This document shows positions 22,010 to 29,947 of a stretch of 41,446 nt of DNA, piece by piece. The stretch lies in the IMG/VR virus record IMGVR_UViG_3300045592_000084; one strand, written 5' to 3'. The position numbers were made by a program, and so were the translations under genes. How positions within the stretch are numbered: the stretch's first letter is position 1; each line of letters starts with the position of its first letter. The notes beneath the pieces are model-generated. The model was given only the letters and a program-made list of their open reading frames with translations, was not told the origin of the DNA and searched no databases. This stretch comes from a virus.

Positions 22010-23338
22010 CTATGCCGTACGCCGCCACATATTTACCGCAATGTAGGGGTTGCGGACGCTAAACGCCTGCCCACCCCCTGTTGCCCCAACTCCCACCGTG
22101 TGCGTGTGGTTCCCTGCGCCGTCGACTCCGACGTTATGCATATGGCTGGCATTAATATTCACGATGGAGGAATCGGTAGCGTAACCGCTGTTTGACGGTT
22201 GCTTGCCCGCTCCAAGGCTGCAGATGCCGCTGGCTGTGACGCCAAGGCCGCCCGGGTTGAAAGAGCCCGTGAGGTTGGCTGTGTCCGTTCTTGCGGCGTG
22301 CCCATGCAATCCCGCCTCCCCCGTCCACGCAGTATGTGCATGAGACGGCATCTCTTCTACCGTCAGTGTGTGGGTATCTGAACCACCCTCACTCCCCACA
22401 GCGAACCCACCGCCTGCTGCCACTAAAGCACGGCCAGCCCCAATTGCCACCCAAGTTCCGCCAAAGAGTGTCCCTGGGTCGGTCGAATCAATAGAGCAAT
22501 AGATAGAACCTACTGGATATGCCGCAAGCTTTGCCTCAGCGACAGCCGCCGCGATCAGAGAGCTCAGCTCATCCTTTTTCGCGTAACCAGCAAGAACAGA
22601 ATCCGCCTCAATCGCCTGGATGCTCGCCGCTTCCTGAGCTGTCACAGCCGCTACCGCTCCATTTTTTTGTGTTTGGATCGCCGCTACGGCCGCCGCTTGA
22701 AGATCTGTTATCGCCTGTTTTCCATCCGAAACCGTGGTTGCAGCAGAGGACGCGCTGGCAGCAGCATTTTCAGCGTATGTTTTGGCATTAGATTCAGAGG
22801 CTGTGATCTGATCGAGGATGTCCTGCGCCTGCTGTTTAACGTAAGCGGCTTCTGTACCGCCTTCTGCATCCAACTGGGCAACCAGCTCCTCAAGCTTTTT
22901 CTGCAAGCTCGCTATGCCTGCCTCGACATCGCCAGAAACAGAACCCCCTGCCGCGGTGACAGCAGAAACCTGCTTACTTCCCTCATCTTGAATTTCTTTG
23001 ATTTTGCTGGCGGTCTCTGTCACTACCCCGGACGCGCTTTCCGCGGCCGCGTCAGCGCTCGCCTTGGCTTGCGTTGCGAAGCCTTCCGCCGCTGATGCCC
23101 TTGCTTTGAAATCAGCAAAAACATCCGCAAGCTGATGAAGATTCTCCGCGCTTGGCTCTAACCCGTTTTGTTCGATAAGAGTAGTGAATTCAACCATCAG
23201 CATGTAGTAAAACCATGCCCCGGGCGTTGTCGGCGGCTTCCCCGTTACAGGATCCCCATTGGATGGATAACCAACAGACGGATTACTGGGTCGCTTCGGC
23301 GGCGTGTCAGAAGCATCCGCTAAAAATTCAAATTTCAT
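22010..23338 (-). CDS. Tail fiber protein 2 (Ala-rich coiled coil plus collar-type C-terminal domain)
   Basis: Start at ATG 23336-23338 (MKFEFLADASDTPP...). Fiber-type N-terminus (VGYPSNGDPVTG), long Ala-rich helical region and a C-terminal YPVGSIY...GGTWVAIG...THTLTVEEMPSHAHT collar/MdpB-like domain. Confidence 0.75.
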   Translation of the reverse strand: MKFEFLADASDTPPKRPSNPSVGYPSNGDPVTGKPPTTPGAWFYYMLMVEFTTLIEQNGLEPSAENLHQLADVFADFKARASAAEGFATQAKASADAAAESASGVVTETASKIKEIQDEGSKQVSAVTAAGGSVSGDVEAGIASLQKKLEELVAQLDAEGGTEAAYVKQQAQDILDQITASESNAKTYAENAAASASSAATTVSDGKQAITDLQAAAVAAIQTQKNGAVAAVTAQEAASIQAIEADSVLAGYAKKDELSSLIAAAVAEAKLAAYPVGSIYCSIDSTDPGTLFGGTWVAIGAGRALVAAGGGFAVGSEGGSDTHTLTVEEMPSHAHTAWTGEAGLHGHAARTDTANLTGSFNPGGLGVTASGICSLGAGKQPSNSGYATDSSIVNINASHMHNVGVDGAGNHTHTVGVGATGGGQAFSVRNPYIAVNMWRRTA

Positions 23339-23381
23339 GGTGTCACCTAAAAGAAAATACCTTTCAGCTCTTCTCGATAAC

Positions 23382-23416
23382 AAAAAACCCGCTCAGATGG
23401 AACCGTCTGAACGGGG
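23382..23416 (-). terminator. Intrinsic terminator between the two fiber genes
   Basis: Stem CCCGCTCAGA / TCTGAACGGG (23388-23397 with 23406-23415, 9 of 10 pairs). On the minus RNA it is followed by U6. Confidence 0.7.
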
Positions 23417-23440
23417 TTTGCCTGTTTTATAAAGGTTTAA

Positions 23441-24199
23441 TTAAATATGAATGCAGGGGAGCAGAACCAAAGCCGGAGGCTGTACCGTTCCGGATCGCCC
23501 ATAAATCGGGTTACTGCGGCTGGCGTCAAAGAAAATTGCCTGACCATAATCACTGTATTTAGAGCCTGTATCGTGCCTATTCGGATCTGCCCAGAAAGCT
23601 CCTGAAACCGTCCCGTCCCACGTTTGACGATCGTCGCAGCCAAATGAGCCTGTAATATTCGGGAGCCCCGGCTGGCGGTATTCGCCGACATTGGACGTTC
23701 CGCCCCAGATCGTTCTATCCAGCAGATACGGCAGATTGAAAGTGGTCGAGCCATTCCCCGCCCCATACTGCGTCCCAATCATCGCAAATAGATTCGGATA
23801 CCCCGTCCGGCTCACGGCTCTCCCATCACAGATCAGCCAGTTCCCATTGGGGGGAGTGGATTTCGGGAAAAACATAATCATCCCGGAAGGGACCACTTCA
23901 ACCTGTGAGACTTTCGCCTGAATCTGTGCCGCCACATCAGACAAAGCCTGATTCACGGTCCTGATCTGCGCTTTAATCGCTGCGTCAAGCTGAGTCAGAT
24001 CCGCCGCGTCGGGAGTAACCCCTCCCCCTTTGATCGCGTTAACGATCTCCTGGGTAACGGCGTTGTACCAATAATCGCCAATCACCGTCGCAAGAACACC
24101 CCCCGTAGGGCTGCCGTTTGTCGGATATCCCTCTGAAGAAGCAGAATTCGGCAGCTCCGGAGGATAAGAAACCGCGCGGGACTGATAGACTGATTTCAT
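23441..24199 (-). CDS. Tail fiber protein 1 with tail-collar domain
   Basis: 252 aa. N-terminus GYPTNGSPTGGVLATVIGDYWYNAVTQEIVNAI. Collar-domain motif PNGNWLICDGRAVSRTGYPNLFAMIGTQYGAGNGSTTFNLP. Confidence 0.8.
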   Translation of the reverse strand: MKSVYQSRAVSYPPELPNSASSEGYPTNGSPTGGVLATVIGDYWYNAVTQEIVNAIKGGGVTPDAADLTQLDAAIKAQIRTVNQALSDVAAQIQAKVSQVEVVPSGMIMFFPKSTPPNGNWLICDGRAVSRTGYPNLFAMIGTQYGAGNGSTTFNLPYLLDRTIWGGTSNVGEYRQPGLPNITGSFGCDDRQTWDGTVSGAFWADPNRHDTGSKYSDYGQAIFFDASRSNPIYGRSGTVQPPALVLLPCIHI

Positions 24200-24204
24200 A
24201 TTTA

Positions 24205-24828
24205 TTAATCCTCAAAATACCCAAAAATTACATTGGTATGCGCTGGGGCGTAATGCCGGATTACGCATTCAATGACAGAATCCCCCCACCAGGCCAGCGC
24301 CTCTTCCGCTGTCCCTATCGCCGTATGCCTCGAAACGGTAGCGCCGGCATTTTTGTAAACATGGACTCTCCACTGCGATGCCCAGCCCACACCGCTCGCA
24401 AACGGCGTTAAAACTGTGCTTAAAACCGTTTGATTAAACAACTCGTCAATCGTGATGCTGTATCCATGGGTTTTTGCCAGATCAACAAAAAACTGAAGAC
24501 TCTGTGACCCGATTGTTGTGATTTTCTGCAGCAAGGCCTGCCGGAGAATGGTTTCAGTCAACCCATCCGCAAGCAGCGACCCCCAGGCCTCAAGGCAGGA
24601 ATCAGGAACCCCCCATTGGGTGATCCAATCTTCAAATGTCTCAGAACAGAACCGCGGATCCGCCTCATTAATGAGCGCCATTGCCTGCGAATCTACACGG
24701 GAAAACTCCACCGCCCAACATTCAATCAGCATCGCCATTACGGAACCGGTATCATCCCGAGGCCACGCTGGCCCGGGAGGCAGCAGCGCTTTGATATTGG
24801 CGTCATATTCAGCTGCGGTTACTGCCAT
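24205..24828 (-). CDS. Mu gp48-like tail/baseplate protein (DUF2313)
   Basis: 207 aa. YDANIKALLPPGPAWPRD and EDWITQWGVP match the hallmark pattern. Follows the baseplate J gene. Confidence 0.75.
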   Translation of the reverse strand: MAVTAAEYDANIKALLPPGPAWPRDDTGSVMAMLIECWAVEFSRVDSQAMALINEADPRFCSETFEDWITQWGVPDSCLEAWGSLLADGLTETILRQALLQKITTIGSQSLQFFVDLAKTHGYSITIDELFNQTVLSTVLTPFASGVGWASQWRVHVYKNAGATVSRHTAIGTAEEALAWWGDSVIECVIRHYAPAHTNVIFGYFED

Positions 24829-25871
24829 GTAATTTCTCCAACAGTGGGAAGAATCTTGTTCCCTAGCGCTATATTCCCGGCCGGTGTGACGAGCGTGTGG
24901 TCTGTCTCACCAACAGCCGCGGAAATAGCGGCTCGGATATGGGACAAATAAATCACTGCGCCCGGTCCGCCTTCCTGCCTGAAAAGTGTCTCCAGAGAGG
25001 CTTTTACCGCGGCTTTCACCGTGTCATTGTTAGGGTCGAGCCCGGATATCGTGAATGGAATTGCCTGAATGGTCGGCGCAGATACGGTGACATTAGCCGT
25101 AACCGGGCGAACAGAGTCAATGTATGCCTGCACTTTCTTAATCATTTCTGCAGAGGGCAGAATGTCGCTGCTGTTATCGCATACGAAACGGATAACCACC
25201 GTCCCCGGCCCTCCCTCAAGCGGGTACACCCAAGCCCTGGTTACTCCCTCAATCTCAAGTGCCCACGCTTTGTAATCGGCCGCAGTCCCGGCATGCGGTG
25301 GCTCCCTTACCCGCGAAAGCAGACGCGCGCGCAAAGATTCGTCCGTTTCCTCGTCGGCCCCCCCGGAAATGCCCTCTGCCGTCTTGCATTCGCTGGAAAT
25401 TCCTTCAATAGGAGAAACAAGAACTAACGTGTCGCCCGCCGATACATTGCCTGCCGTCCCCGCAGTCAAAGCTCTGGCCGACGCTTTCCCTTCCGAGACC
25501 GCGGATGTCGTTTCATATACCGCCTCATTATCAGCCTGCAGCAAGGTTCCCTCCGGTACCGTGGCTCCCTCTTCCAGTACTGTAAAAACCACCGTACCGC
25601 TGGCCAGAGAGGGCGGTTTGCGGACAAGCCCGTAAATAGACGCCCAACGGTCAAGGTACTCCGCCTCTGCTGTATCAAAAAACAACTGTCGGCTTAAAAA
25701 CTCAATAAAGCCGTGCAGCTCATGGCTCACCCCTGCAAGCACACGCGCATACACTTTCGCGTTGGATCTGCGAAGCTGAGAAGTTGATAACCGTGACTCA
25801 AGATCCGCGTCAATGCGGTCAATCAGCGTTTGTAAATTCGGTCTTTCAAATGGCATTTTCAACTTCCCCAA
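24819..25871 (-). CDS. Baseplate J-like protein (Mu gp47)
   Basis: 350 aa. Position and length match gp47/gpJ. Shows the central conserved region typical of Baseplate_J. Confidence 0.75.
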   Translation of the reverse strand: MGKLKMPFERPNLQTLIDRIDADLESRLSTSQLRRSNAKVYARVLAGVSHELHGFIEFLSRQLFFDTAEAEYLDRWASIYGLVRKPPSLASGTVVFTVLEEGATVPEGTLLQADNEAVYETTSAVSEGKASARALTAGTAGNVSAGDTLVLVSPIEGISSECKTAEGISGGADEETDESLRARLLSRVREPPHAGTAADYKAWALEIEGVTRAWVYPLEGGPGTVVIRFVCDNSSDILPSAEMIKKVQAYIDSVRPVTANVTVSAPTIQAIPFTISGLDPNNDTVKAAVKASLETLFRQEGGPGAVIYLSHIRAAISAAVGETDHTLVTPAGNIALGNKILPTVGEITWQ

Positions 25872-26272
25872 ACGTTCTGAAACTGCAGGTTAAGTGTTGC
25901 CTGATCAGGTCTTTTTATGACTACATTCAGATTCAGCTGCTCCACCCCGCCTCGTTCCGCGGAAACGCTTACCGATTCCGCTACATGGTCATCGACCAGC
26001 CACTGAAGTGCATCCTCGGCATACTCCCTCGCAAGCTTCAGCGTGCTGTCGGTCAGTACCTCTCTGGATAGCAGCCAGAGTTTTGATCCTATTGGCGGCT
26101 CATCATCGTTATATGAATCTGCCCACCACCCCATCCTGCTTTTCCCCGGCAGCACATCATCTTCCCCAGCCCGCTTCCAGGAAAAAAGGCTGATGATGAT
26201 GGAACGAACCAGTGGCTCAGTATCAAAGTCTGAAAGTGTCGCCTGATGCCTGCCGTTTAAGAAAAACTGCAT
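25859..26272 (-). CDS. Mu gp46-like baseplate protein (GP46 family)
   Basis: 137 aa. Motifs GWWADSY, GSKLWLLSRE and AREYAEDALQWLVDD. Confidence 0.8.
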   Translation of the reverse strand: MQFFLNGRHQATLSDFDTEPLVRSIIISLFSWKRAGEDDVLPGKSRMGWWADSYNDDEPPIGSKLWLLSREVLTDSTLKLAREYAEDALQWLVDDHVAESVSVSAERGGVEQLNLNVVIKRPDQATLNLQFQNVWGS

Positions 26273-26429
26273 ATTTCATCCCCCTCCCAAGCGACAAATT
26301 ATTCCTGATACAAAAAGCTTTAACCAAGGAAGCGCTCGTCCCCATAGCCTTATCTTTTGATCCGGATCCAGTAGTTTTAAGATGAGCATGGCTATAACTC
26401 CCATGTGCCCTCACCATTACTGAGGTCAT

Positions 26430-26462
26430 AAAAAACCCAGCCAGAAATCCCGTCTGACTGGG
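26430..26462 (-). terminator. Intrinsic terminator inside the baseplate operon
   Basis: Stem CCCAGCCAG / CTGACTGGG (26436-26444 with 26454-26462, 8 of 9 pairs). On the minus RNA it is followed by U6 (complement of A-run 26430-26435). Confidence 0.6.
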
Positions 26463-26545
26463 TTTATGTTTATTGAATTGTGTTGTAGCTAGACCAAAGC
26501 TTTTAATCCCACCTTGATCAGCTCAAGAGTGATCGGATGTGCCCT

Positions 26546-27079
26546 TCACATCTTTTGATCAGGGGAGCTGCCGCCGTTATGTGTATGGTTATTGTAAGTG
26601 TCGCGGATCGATTGCAGCCTGCCCCTCGCGTCATAAATCTGAGCCTTCCCCACGATGTCGCCCTCTACTGTGACTGACCCGGAAAATACAGCCGCCGGGG
26701 CGTCCACAGCCAAAGTTTTATCCGTATGGATCCTTATCCCCTCCCGAGCCAGGACGACTTCCTGCCCCTGGTCATCGTAAAGAGCGACCTCCCCGGAAGT
26801 AAGGCCTGTCAGCCTGTACCGGCGGTCAGCGACACAAATCGCGATTGAATGCTCTCTGTCCCCATCCAAAGCGACAATAAGCGGTTCAGCGCCGGTCTTC
26901 GGTTCAGAAGTGAACCCATACGGCTCAAAATGCTCGACATCATCCCGGAGGTCTCCCGCCATTGTCTCGGCCTGAATAGTTCGCATCTTCTTCCTCCCGG
27001 CCGATCCTGTCAGGCGTCCTCTGACTATCAAATTCCAAATAGCGTCTTTAATATCGTCAAGCATTACTTTCCCGTCCAT
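26546..27079 (-). CDS. Baseplate assembly protein V / spike (Mu gp45-like)
   Basis: 177 aa. Motifs FEPYGFTSEP, GDREHSIAICVADRRYRL, GEVALYDD and a C-terminal YNNHTH. Confidence 0.8.
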   Translation of the reverse strand: MDGKVMLDDIKDAIWNLIVRGRLTGSAGRKKMRTIQAETMAGDLRDDVEHFEPYGFTSEPKTGAEPLIVALDGDREHSIAICVADRRYRLTGLTSGEVALYDDQGQEVVLAREGIRIHTDKTLAVDAPAAVFSGSVTVEGDIVGKAQIYDARGRLQSIRDTYNNHTHNGGSSPDQKM

Positions 27080-28194
27080 GCGGCATCAGCTACCGTCGCC
27101 TTCACATAATTCCTGCTGCTACCAGTTTTTGCCGCCGCTTTCTTCGTGGCTTTCTTTGCCATCGCCTCATCAGGAGATTCATTCATCATGACGAAAGCTT
27201 CAGGCGGCATCAGCGTCAGCTGGGTTTTGGAGCCTCCGGAATCTTTCGTAAAGCTGACCTCTGTAATCAAATACTGAGCATCAACCCCCAAAATAGAATC
27301 TTTAACCCGGCAGAGCCGATTGACCTTCCACAGACTGCCGTCACTTTGCCGCCACCCCTGCACGGTGTAGTGCAAAGCCTGAGCCTGCCCGCGACGGTAC
27401 TCGGCCAAAAGAACCGATCTTTGCTGGAGATCCGCAGCCGTGGGAGACCCACTTAGCTTCTCTACGTAATACCGGGGGCGCTGTACCTGACTATCCTCCG
27501 TGTACCTGAACGCTCCATTCGCGGAAACCGGATGAGTGCTCCCTGAGTTGGACTGCTGCCCCACCACATAGTAACGGCTGAACAGTTTTGAAGAATCAAA
27601 TGTCTGGTCCCCGGATAAGACGTTTTTCCCTAACTCCAGAGAGTCAGCGGTGCGCCCACCGCCGCCGGGGCTCGCCATTACCAAATCGCCGCTTTCATTA
27701 TCCGTGATGACGAGGGTATGCTTCTTCACCACGCCATCCAAAATCTTTTTTATGGAATCTGTGGCGGCAATAGCCACTGACGCTTTTGGGTCTTTCCCTG
27801 CCTTCTGACGGACTACCGACACTCCATACGGTTTTGCCAATAGCTGGAGCGTCTGCGACACTGTCAGATTCGTGAATTGCTTAACGCTCTGAACCGCCAT
27901 ATACCCTTCGGCGAGATCAACGGTTTTGCTCGCTCCTTCTATGGACAGTTCGATGCCTTTTTCTGAATACGAGAAATTTGTCTTGGTTACGTATCCGGTC
28001 AAAACCAGGTCGTCATCAATCTTTACCCGCACCAGATCGCCGATCTTAATTCCTATCCCAGTCCCCGCTGACTCACGGGTAAAACCCACTCTGAACACTC
28101 TCGCGTAGCTCAGCAGCTTTGAAGATATGCTGACAAGCTGCCACGCGCGGTATTCTTTACCACCAATCAGAAGTTTTACGACCGTTTGTTCCAT
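27064..28194 (-). CDS. Baseplate hub protein (Mu gp44 / gpD-like)
   Basis: 376 aa. Sits between the gp43-like and gp45-like genes, with length and N-terminal pattern as in Mu P. Confidence 0.65.
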   Translation of the reverse strand: MEQTVVKLLIGGKEYRAWQLVSISSKLLSYARVFRVGFTRESAGTGIGIKIGDLVRVKIDDDLVLTGYVTKTNFSYSEKGIELSIEGASKTVDLAEGYMAVQSVKQFTNLTVSQTLQLLAKPYGVSVVRQKAGKDPKASVAIAATDSIKKILDGVVKKHTLVITDNESGDLVMASPGGGGRTADSLELGKNVLSGDQTFDSSKLFSRYYVVGQQSNSGSTHPVSANGAFRYTEDSQVQRPRYYVEKLSGSPTAADLQQRSVLLAEYRRGQAQALHYTVQGWRQSDGSLWKVNRLCRVKDSILGVDAQYLITEVSFTKDSGGSKTQLTLMPPEAFVMMNESPDEAMAKKATKKAAAKTGSSRNYVKATVADAAWTGK

Positions 28195-28195
28195 A

Positions 28196-28225
28196 ATAAA
28201 AAAGCGCCCTGTTCCCAGAGCGCTT
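28196..28225 (-). terminator. Terminator-like hairpin after the secreted-protein gene
   Basis: Stem AAGCGC / GCGCTT (28202-28207 with 28220-28225, 12-nt loop). The minus RNA continues with U6 and ends 1-2 nt before the hub gene ATG. Confidence 0.45.
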
Positions 28226-28248
28226 AATCCCCCTCCTTAACTACCGTC

Positions 28249-28608
28249 TCATCGGCACCCCGATTCATTGCATATGTAGGTGCGCCCATTCCTGGTGTCT
28301 TCCCAAACCTCCCCAAGACCATTCCGCCCGACCCTTCTCATGTCAAGGAATGAAGGTGGTGTTTCCTTTTGGATAGGCTCCCTCAATCTGACGGTTCCCC
28401 CCTTCCCTGCCCTAAATACATATCCGCTAGGGGAAACATAAACCCCGTTTTTATCAAACTTCCCTTTTCTGGAAGCAGCAGTAGCTTCTCCATGCAGGGG
28501 CTTATCCGGCGACGAAATGGAGGCCCTTCTCTCGGGAGAATTCCCACCAGCCGAAACGGCAGGTATTGCCACAAGCAAACCTAACAGCAATACGAAAATC
28601 TTTCTCAT
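28249..28608 (-). CDS. Small secreted protein (moron inside the baseplate module)
   Basis: Start at ATG 28606-28608. Signal peptide MRKIFVLLLGLLVAIPAVSA/GG. The mature part is about 100 aa, basic, with Cys residues near the C-terminus. Unique intergenic spacers on both sides. Confidence 0.6.
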   Translation of the reverse strand: MRKIFVLLLGLLVAIPAVSAGGNSPERRASISSPDKPLHGEATAASRKGKFDKNGVYVSPSGYVFRAGKGGTVRLREPIQKETPPSFLDMRRVGRNGLGEVWEDTRNGRTYICNESGCR

Positions 28609-28699
28609 GCTCCCCTCCATCAGCAGAAACACCTCTGCGTAGGCAGAGAAAAGCTTCTCATTTCATCTTACCGCCCGGGAGGGATCTTAAAAAGAAAAA

Positions 28700-29947
28700 T
28701 TAAGTACTCAAAAGTTTCAGGGGCTTCGCGGGGACAAACGCCGGTCTTCGAATGCCGTTACGCTCAACAATTTCAGTATCCCGCGCGGCGTCTCCGTAGT
28801 AATCATAAGCCAGCACCAGCGCCGGCATGATCTCCTCGGGGGTGTAGTCAATCAGCCGGGCTTTGTTTTCTGCCCGGACCGTCATGTCATTCCACACGGA
28901 CGAGTAAGCCAAAGAAAGCGCTGAGTACACGCTGTCATCCGACACCTTCAGCATCTCATTATCAATCGCGGAAAGCAGGCTATCACGTACCGCAATCATG
29001 TCGTCATAAGCCATCACCTGAGGAGGTTGAGTTTCATCTACCCGATCAAGATCCGTCCCAATGTTGCCTGCCGCCCCAACGGCGTTACTGATACTGATCA
29101 GCCGGATCCCCGTGTTAATAGCCTCAACAGCCTTCGCGGTTTCATAATCAGCCGTCCCGGATGGGTATAGGATCGAATCCCTTACATTGAAATCCGCCCC
29201 ATATGAAATCCCCTGGGCAAGATAAGCCACCCGCCGCCAGTCCCTCACCGTTTCTACAAAAGAACCAAGACCAAGCGAACTCACAAGCGTACTCGCAAAA
29301 GCGCCCGGATCCGTCATCAGAACCGTCGCGGCCACCTTTGCCAGTTCATCCAGCTTATCTAACTTAAACATCGTGGCGAGCGATTGTATCCCCTCATCTT
29401 TCAGGGCCGACTCAAGCTTTCCCACAATGTTACTGACCACAAAATCCTGAGCCCCTGACAAGTCAATTGCCGTGCCCACATAATTCTGTGCCGCCTCAGC
29501 TATCCCATCCGCTTTAATACAAACATCATCGTGCGTACTGATTGAAGCCGTTGGGAAGGACAGCTCACCAGATTCCACGAATGTGATTGAAATCTGCGCC
29601 AGCCGAAGCCTTGTTGTGTACGTTACCTGGCTGACAGATTGAGGCGTCGCTGTCATCCTCCCTACCCACGGGTCTACCAGTTCGCCCCCGCCCTGCGTCT
29701 CGAGCGCCTTAACCAGCGCGCTCATACGCTCGACATAATCCCTCCCGGTCGTGAACGCCTCTACCGTTACAATCCGAGCGGCCCGCCCTAGATCCTCTAC
29801 AAAAGGTTTGTCTTGCTGAGGGTATTCAAAAAGCACCACTCGCCGTCCCACTTTCAGCTTTGTACTGGTGACATAGAACGGAACTCCGCGGTACGACGCA
29901 TCCATGAGATTTTTCTGCGCTCCTGTTGCTGCCGATGATACTGTCAT
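28700..29947 (-). CDS. DNA circulation protein-like tail protein (Mu gp43)
   Basis: 415 aa. N-terminal SYRGVPFYVTSTKLKVGRRVVLFEYPQQDKPFVEDLGRAAR is the DNA_circ_N hallmark. Confidence 0.8.
   Translation of the reverse strand: MTVSSAATGAQKNLMDASYRGVPFYVTSTKLKVGRRVVLFEYPQQDKPFVEDLGRAARIVTVEAFTTGRDYVERMSALVKALETQGGGELVDPWVGRMTATPQSVSQVTYTTRLRLAQISITFVESGELSFPTASISTHDDVCIKADGIAEAAQNYVGTAIDLSGAQDFVVSNIVGKLESALKDEGIQSLATMFKLDKLDELAKVAATVLMTDPGAFASTLVSSLGLGSFVETVRDWRRVAYLAQGISYGADFNVRDSILYPSGTADYETAKAVEAINTGIRLISISNAVGAAGNIGTDLDRVDETQPPQVMAYDDMIAVRDSLLSAIDNEMLKVSDDSVYSALSLAYSSVWNDMTVRAENKARLIDYTPEEIMPALVLAYDYYGDAARDTEIVERNGIRRPAFVPAKPLKLLST

Noticed and set aside
22159-23095. Several 60-142-aa ORFs on both strands inside fiber gene 2
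   Set aside because: They overlap the Ala-rich, GC-rich coiled-coil region, where alternative frames are open by composition. None has start signals.
24897-25427. 176-aa plus-strand ORF
   Set aside because: It is antisense to the baseplate J-like gene. Arg/Pro/Gly-rich shadow ORF.
26223-26429. 68-aa minus-strand ORF in the baseplate gap
   Set aside because: No SD. It overlaps the gp46-like start in another frame and has a Ser/Gly/Lys-rich composition. I did not call it as a CDS, but the gap itself is flagged as a finding.
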